From Phycisphaerales bacterium (lineage in GTDB: Bacteria > Planctomycetota > Phycisphaerae > UBA1845), in the NCBI GenBank assembly GCA_030631415.1, contig DAOVLE010000001.1:1-62430 (forward strand): 62,430 nt of DNA. The letters are read 5' to 3'. The position numbers and the translations under genes are program-made. Below are positions 58,169 through 62,430 of the stretch, one piece after another (positions within the stretch are counted from its first letter, which is position 1; each line of letters begins with the position of its first letter). The notes below the pieces were generated by a model, which saw only the letters and a program-made list of their open reading frames with translations, did not search any database and was not told where the DNA came from.

Positions 58169-58522
58169 GTCTCGTAAGTTTCCCAGCACCACAAGCTTAC
58201 CGGCTTCCGGGAAGCGTTCGGGCCCCACCGTGCCAGCGAGTCGTGGCTGGTTTCGTGGTAGGCGACTGCGAGATCAGCACATCCCGGCGTAACGCAATCG
58301 TCCCTCACGGCCTGGAAACGCGTCTGGAGGCCTCCGCCCGACGACTTGTTCAGGGGTAAGCTGGAAGTCGTCAAGGCTCCTTGCAGGCGAGTTGGGCGCG
58401 ATGATCGAGAGCCGTGAACGTCGGCGCCGTGCGGGGGCGCGGCGAGGGAGTGCAAGATTGCGCAAGCTGGACGAGACGAGCGTCGGAGTGCCCGAGCGTC
58501 ACTGTCGCTGCTGACTGAATGG

Positions 58523-60235
58523 CTACGATTGCGGTGGGAGAATCTCCCGGGTGTGCTCCATGACGATGTCCGGCACATCCCAGCTCTTCTGCCGCATCAG
58601 GTCGTAGAACGCGCGGCGGAAAAGCAGCGTGACCTCCACGCTAACCTCGCCCTCGCCCGGGGCGTCGAACGTGTAGGTGCTGGTATCGGTGGCAAAGGCG
58701 GCGAGACGGTTGTCGCTCAGCACGCGTGTGGGATTCCAGTAGGCGCCGGTCGGCGAGACCTCGGTCCAGATCTCCTCCAGCACCTTGGCGAAGGCCTTCC
58801 CTGGCAGCCCCGCGTAGCACCCTTCGCTCGGATCACCAACCCCGCCCCATTGTGGCACGGTGTCTCCTTCAAGCTGTTCCAGCGAATCACCCTCGGCGTC
58901 AGCGGCACCTACTAGCAGGATCAAATGGCGCAGTGGGGAGTCAGTGGGCACGTGGTGGCCCGTCTGGTTGTTCGTGATGCGCACCTCGACGACAATCGTG
59001 CCGCGTTCGCGTTGCGCGGTGACCGTCATCGTGACGGCGTTTTGCAGGAGATCCTCGTCCGCGGCGCCGGGCATGCGGTGGCTGAAGATCGTCTCTGCGG
59101 CACGCTCCAGCCCTCCCTCCTCAGGACGGGCGAACAAGGTACCTCCGAGAGGCGGCATGTGACAGTCCTGACAGGTCTGGCCCGTTTCGGGATCGCTATA
59201 GGGGCTTTCCAGCCATTCGCCGAAGGAGTTGTAGACCAAAACATCCCAGAAGACGCCGAAATGGCACGGTGCGCAGAACTGGCTTTCGGTTTGAACGGGC
59301 GAGTAGGTGTCCTCGCCCGGCGCCACGTCATCGAGAGGACCGGCGAAGAACTGATGGCCCTCATGTGGACGACGAAACTCGTACGAAAGCACCCCCGGCA
59401 TGTTCTCGTAGGGCATGCGGGTCTCGGGGTCCAGTCGAACGTCCCACACTTTGTGGCAGAAGTCGCACGGGACTCCCTCGGCCGCGACGCCGGTCACCGA
59501 AGTGGGGTCTACGCCGTACGGCGTGTCCAGCGCGGCGGCCGGTGTGTGGCAGGCCGCGCAGTTGCCCGCTGTGTTCGGAAAGTCGAGCTTGTAACCGGGG
59601 CCGTAGTATGGCTTCGTTAGGTCCGGGGGCAGTGGAAAGCGACCGTAGTCGCGGTTGTAGCCGTATCGGGTGAGCGGGCTTTGGTTGCCGTCCGCGTCGG
59701 TGCCTTCGTACATGGTCAGGAAGCGGGGGTTTGTGGCCGACTGCGAGTGGGCGTCAAGCAGCCATTCGTCTGCCGGTAATGTGAAGGGGATGGTGGTGCC
59801 CTCGCGACTGTGGCACTGCGCACAACCCTGATCCTCTCCCTCGCCCTGATGATACTGGGAGGGCAGCCAGGCGTAGTCGGGGTTGTCCTCGGTGCCGTGG
59901 GCGTGCAAGTGCAGTTCGACGTTGCTCTGGCCCGCCGTCGCCTCTACCGGACCGGTGCAGAAGTACCCGGGCGCCCACGCTGTGAGGTTGAAGGGTCCCT
60001 CGGCCAGTTCGGCGACGGAAAGCACGAAGCACCCATCGTCGGCCATGGTAGCATAATGCGTGGTCGTCTGCACGCGAACGACCGCGCCAAACACGGGGCC
60101 ATCTCCGTCGGTGACGACTCCGCGAATATCCGTGTGACTCAGCGCGTCGCCACCCGGCAAAAGCGCGTCCCTGCTCTCGCACGCAAATACGAACAGGAGT
60201 GCGCACAGCGGAAACACAAGGCGAATCTGTAGCAC
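58523..60235 (-). CDS. secreted multihaem c-type cytochrome (five CxxCH) with N-terminal carboxypeptidase-regulatory-like domain
   Basis: Haem-binding motifs CAQCH, CAACH, CDFCH, CAPCH and CQDCH. GTG start. Signal-like LVFPLCALLFVFAC. The IRGVVTDGDGPVFGAVVRVQT block suggests a carboxypeptidase-regulatory-like fold. Confidence 0.8.
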   Translation of the reverse strand: MLQIRLVFPLCALLFVFACESRDALLPGGDALSHTDIRGVVTDGDGPVFGAVVRVQTTTHYATMADDGCFVLSVAELAEGPFNLTAWAPGYFCTGPVEATAGQSNVELHLHAHGTEDNPDYAWLPSQYHQGEGEDQGCAQCHSREGTTIPFTLPADEWLLDAHSQSATNPRFLTMYEGTDADGNQSPLTRYGYNRDYGRFPLPPDLTKPYYGPGYKLDFPNTAGNCAACHTPAAALDTPYGVDPTSVTGVAAEGVPCDFCHKVWDVRLDPETRMPYENMPGVLSYEFRRPHEGHQFFAGPLDDVAPGEDTYSPVQTESQFCAPCHFGVFWDVLVYNSFGEWLESPYSDPETGQTCQDCHMPPLGGTLFARPEEGGLERAAETIFSHRMPGAADEDLLQNAVTMTVTAQRERGTIVVEVRITNNQTGHHVPTDSPLRHLILLVGAADAEGDSLEQLEGDTVPQWGGVGDPSEGCYAGLPGKAFAKVLEEIWTEVSPTGAYWNPTRVLSDNRLAAFATDTSTYTFDAPGEGEVSVEVTLLFRRAFYDLMRQKSWDVPDIVMEHTREILPPQS

Positions 60236-60237
60236 GG

Positions 60238-60522
60238 TCAGGGCCTCCTACGCACTTTCCACAGAGCCAACCCCGGCAGAGAGGCAAGCAGCCAAATTAC
60301 GCCCGGGCCACAGAGCCCGCTACGTCGACCACCCCCGCCCCCTCCACCGGTCTGCACTACCTCGCCGTCACCGTCTTCGGCCGGTTCATCGATAGAGCCA
60401 GGCTCACCTCCCTCGTCCTCATCGTCGTCGTAGCCATCATCTCCAGGCTCGTCGTCCGTGGGTTCGTCCGGCTCACCCTCGCCGCCGTCGGCGTCAGGCC
60501 CGCGGGCTGGATAGCCTTCAGG
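60238..60522 (-). pseudogene. 5'-truncated gene remnant: acidic low-complexity region plus C-terminal sorting-signal-like tail
   Basis: A 94-codon open frame bounded by an upstream TGA, with no usable start codon. It reads ..DEPTDDEPGDDGYDDDEDEGGEPGS...GGGGGGGRRSGLCGPGVIWLLASLPGLALWKVRRRP and stops 2 nt before the cytochrome start. Confidence 0.3.
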
Positions 60523-60536
60523 TCAGCAGCCTGTAC

Positions 60537-61934
60537 ATGAAGCCCGATGACCCCGATACCCTGCTTGCCGGCGCCGGGTCCTTTATGTGCGCCTTTGAGA
60601 TGGTCGGCGCCCAAGAGGTGGTTTTTGGTGGGGCTTATCTCTCCAGCGATGGAGGCGAATCATGGCAGGAGGTCATCAGCGCGGACCGCATCACCGCCGT
60701 GGAGTTCTGTGAACAGGACCCGAGCATCGCCTATGCCGGCAGCGCGTTCGCCTTCTACCGCAGCACGGACGGCGGGTTCAGTTGGCAGAAGTTCTGGGAC
60801 GAAGAGCGCCAGACGTGGGGGTCGCCGGGCATCAGCCCGGGCGTGCCGGTCGACATCCAGACCGATCCGGCGGACTGCAATCGAGTCTTCATCAACAACT
60901 ACGCCGGCGGCAATTTCCTGTCGACCGATGGGGGTCAGAACTGGGCGATCGCCTCGGAGGGCTACACCGGAGCCGATCCCCCACGCGTGTTCATCGATCC
61001 GCAGGACTCGGCCTATGTCATCACCATCACGCGGATGGCGCCATTCGCAAGCAGCGACGGGGGCGAGAGCTGGGAAACCATAGCTTATTCCGGCCTGGTC
61101 GCCGGAGGCGAGGCCCTGGGTATGGACCCCACAGACCCGGAGCACCTCTTGGTCGACTCCGGGGCCATGATCTATGAAACCCGCGACGGTGGGCAGAACT
61201 GGTCCGAGCGACACGAGTTTGACATTCCTGAGGGGACTAACACCCAGCACAAGGAATTCGTCTTCGCCCCCTCGGACCCGGACTACGTCTACGTAGGTTC
61301 GTTGAACACCGCTCTGATCGCGGATGAGCCGATGTCGCCCGACACGATTGTCGGAGCCGGTATCTATCGTTCCACCGACGGAGGCACGAACTGGACCCGT
61401 TTGACGGACCCCAAAGTGTTTGACAGCGCCTTCGTGGCGATCGCGGTAAGCCCCACCAATCCTCAGACAGTGTATGCCGCCGGCATGTTTGATATTGGCG
61501 TGTTCAAAAGCACCGATGCCGGTGAAACCTGGGAGGGGATCACCGGCGGGTTGTCGGAGCCATATGGTTGGTTTGATGATGTTGTCGTGGACCCGTCTGA
61601 CGACCAGCGGGTGTTCCTATGCGGTTCGACCGGTCTGTACCGGAGTATGAACGGCGGGCAATCCTGGGAGCAGCTGGCAGCAGGTCTCGATCCCAATGTC
61701 GTGGTTTCTGCGATAGCAGTCGATCCATCGGACTCGGCCGTCGTGTACGTGGCTACGGCGCTTGGCGTCTACTGCTCCACCGATGGTGGGGACCAGTTCC
61801 AGAAACTTCACCAGGGGCTCGACCAAGAAGTCCTTCCGGTGGCGCATTTGTCGATTAGCTTCGATGGTTCCGTGCTGTATGCAGCTTCCATAGGCATCTA
61901 TCGCCTGGGCACCCCGGCAGGTATGGCGGAGTAG
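60537..61934 (+). CDS. BNR/Asp-box repeat beta-propeller protein, apparently lacking its N-terminus
   Basis: At least eight S/T-x-D-G-G-x-x-W boxes (SSDGGESWQE, STDGGFSWQK, STDGGQNWA, SSDGGESWET, TRDGGQNWSE, STDGGTNWTR, STDAGETWEG, SMNGGQSWEQ). There is no signal peptide, and similarity seems to begin mid-repeat. Confidence 0.75.
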   Translation: MKPDDPDTLLAGAGSFMCAFEMVGAQEVVFGGAYLSSDGGESWQEVISADRITAVEFCEQDPSIAYAGSAFAFYRSTDGGFSWQKFWDEERQTWGSPGISPGVPVDIQTDPADCNRVFINNYAGGNFLSTDGGQNWAIASEGYTGADPPRVFIDPQDSAYVITITRMAPFASSDGGESWETIAYSGLVAGGEALGMDPTDPEHLLVDSGAMIYETRDGGQNWSERHEFDIPEGTNTQHKEFVFAPSDPDYVYVGSLNTALIADEPMSPDTIVGAGIYRSTDGGTNWTRLTDPKVFDSAFVAIAVSPTNPQTVYAAGMFDIGVFKSTDAGETWEGITGGLSEPYGWFDDVVVDPSDDQRVFLCGSTGLYRSMNGGQSWEQLAAGLDPNVVVSAIAVDPSDSAVVYVATALGVYCSTDGGDQFQKLHQGLDQEVLPVAHLSISFDGSVLYAASIGIYRLGTPAGMAE

Positions 61935-62272
61935 CCGCGATCCTTCCCGCTGCTGCCGCTACGGTCGCGTGAACACCCGAAAGAAGATACGGCGGACGGG
62001 TGGGAAGTCGTAGGCAGTTATGGACTTCGATTTCGCCAGCACGGCAAAACGCGGCGAAACGAGGAAATCGGCCGCGCCCGACCGGTTCCGGAGTGATATC
62101 AAGATACGTAAGCCGTAATCAGTGGTCACGAAGTCGTGGCAGATTCGTGGCAAAACCAGCGTGGAAACAGTCCAGAACGCAGTGCGCAGACAGTCCAGAA
62201 CCAGTAGCTAAGTGTTGCTGGTGCCATCGCTTAAGTCGTTATCACACAGTGGGTTAGGATCGCCTTGCTCCG

Positions 62273-62316
62273 GCTTCCCAAGCTGGACGTCGTCGGTTCG
62301 AATCCGATCGCCCGCT
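62273..62316 (+). repeat. att repeat 3: tRNA-Gly(CCC) 3' fragment
   Basis: 44/44 identical to the other two copies. It is preceded by ACAGTCCAGAAC x2 (about 62177-62209) and followed by the palindrome GTGGTAATTACCAC (62394-62407). Confidence 0.85.
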
Positions 62317-62430
62317 TTGATATAATCCCTTGGCCGAACGCTAGTTAGCGTACCTGCCTGCGTCGGGCAGAGCGGCTCTGAAAGCCCCGAAAAGTGGTAA
62401 TTACCACTTTCGAGCTTCGAGGAGCCCAAA

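Noticed and set aside
1-62430. CRISPR arrays, rRNA genes, reverse transcriptases (retron/DGR) and group II introns.
   Set aside because: I found no regularly spaced short direct repeats, no rRNA-like conserved blocks and no RT (YxDD) motifs in any listed ORF while reading the window.

Overview
This is high-G+C bacterial DNA that is almost entirely accessory. The PEP-CTERM, dockerin-like, Kelch and BNR secreted proteins hint at a Planctomycetota/Verrucomicrobiota-like environmental host, but that cannot be proven from this window.

Layout, left to right:
(1) 1-138: the 3' end of an ISL3 transposase gene.
(2) 1.4-15.6 kb, minus strand: a defence block. A type I R-M system (hsdM-rhuM-hsdS-hsdR) is translationally coupled to a Hachiman-like pair (PD-(D/E)xK protein plus Ski2-like helicase). 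It is followed by an IetAS-like ATPase/protease pair whose protease looks internally deleted.
(3) 15.6-38.3 kb: a mobilisable integrative element. It carries a tyrosine recombinase, DUF932, RHH regulators, a type IV coupling protein, a MobF relaxase, a candidate oriT, DNA methyltransferases, AbiEi with a truncated AbiEii, and a 1530-aa methyltransferase-helicase. The linker of that last protein contains an out-of-frame embedded ORF.
(4) 39.3-46.0 kb: a three-gene cluster that appears lower in G+C (membrane-anchored metallophosphoesterase, a 1230-aa helical-repeat plus Pol-beta nucleotidyltransferase protein, and a second metallophosphoesterase). It lies directly against an att site and is my best candidate for an undescribed conflict system.
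(5) Three identical 44-bp copies of the 3' part of a tRNA-Gly(CCC) gene at 46.5, 58.1 and 62.3 kb delimit tandemly integrated islands. The middle island (11.6 kb) has its own integrase, a Dam-type methyltransferase, an apparently low-GC insert, a remnant of an amidoligase cassette, and four PEP-CTERM genes each preceded by the same ~29-nt motif.
(6) 58.5-61.9 kb: a multihaem cytochrome and a BNR-repeat protein.

I saw no rRNA, no intact tRNA and no CRISPR array. All family assignments come from motif recognition by eye; no searches were run.
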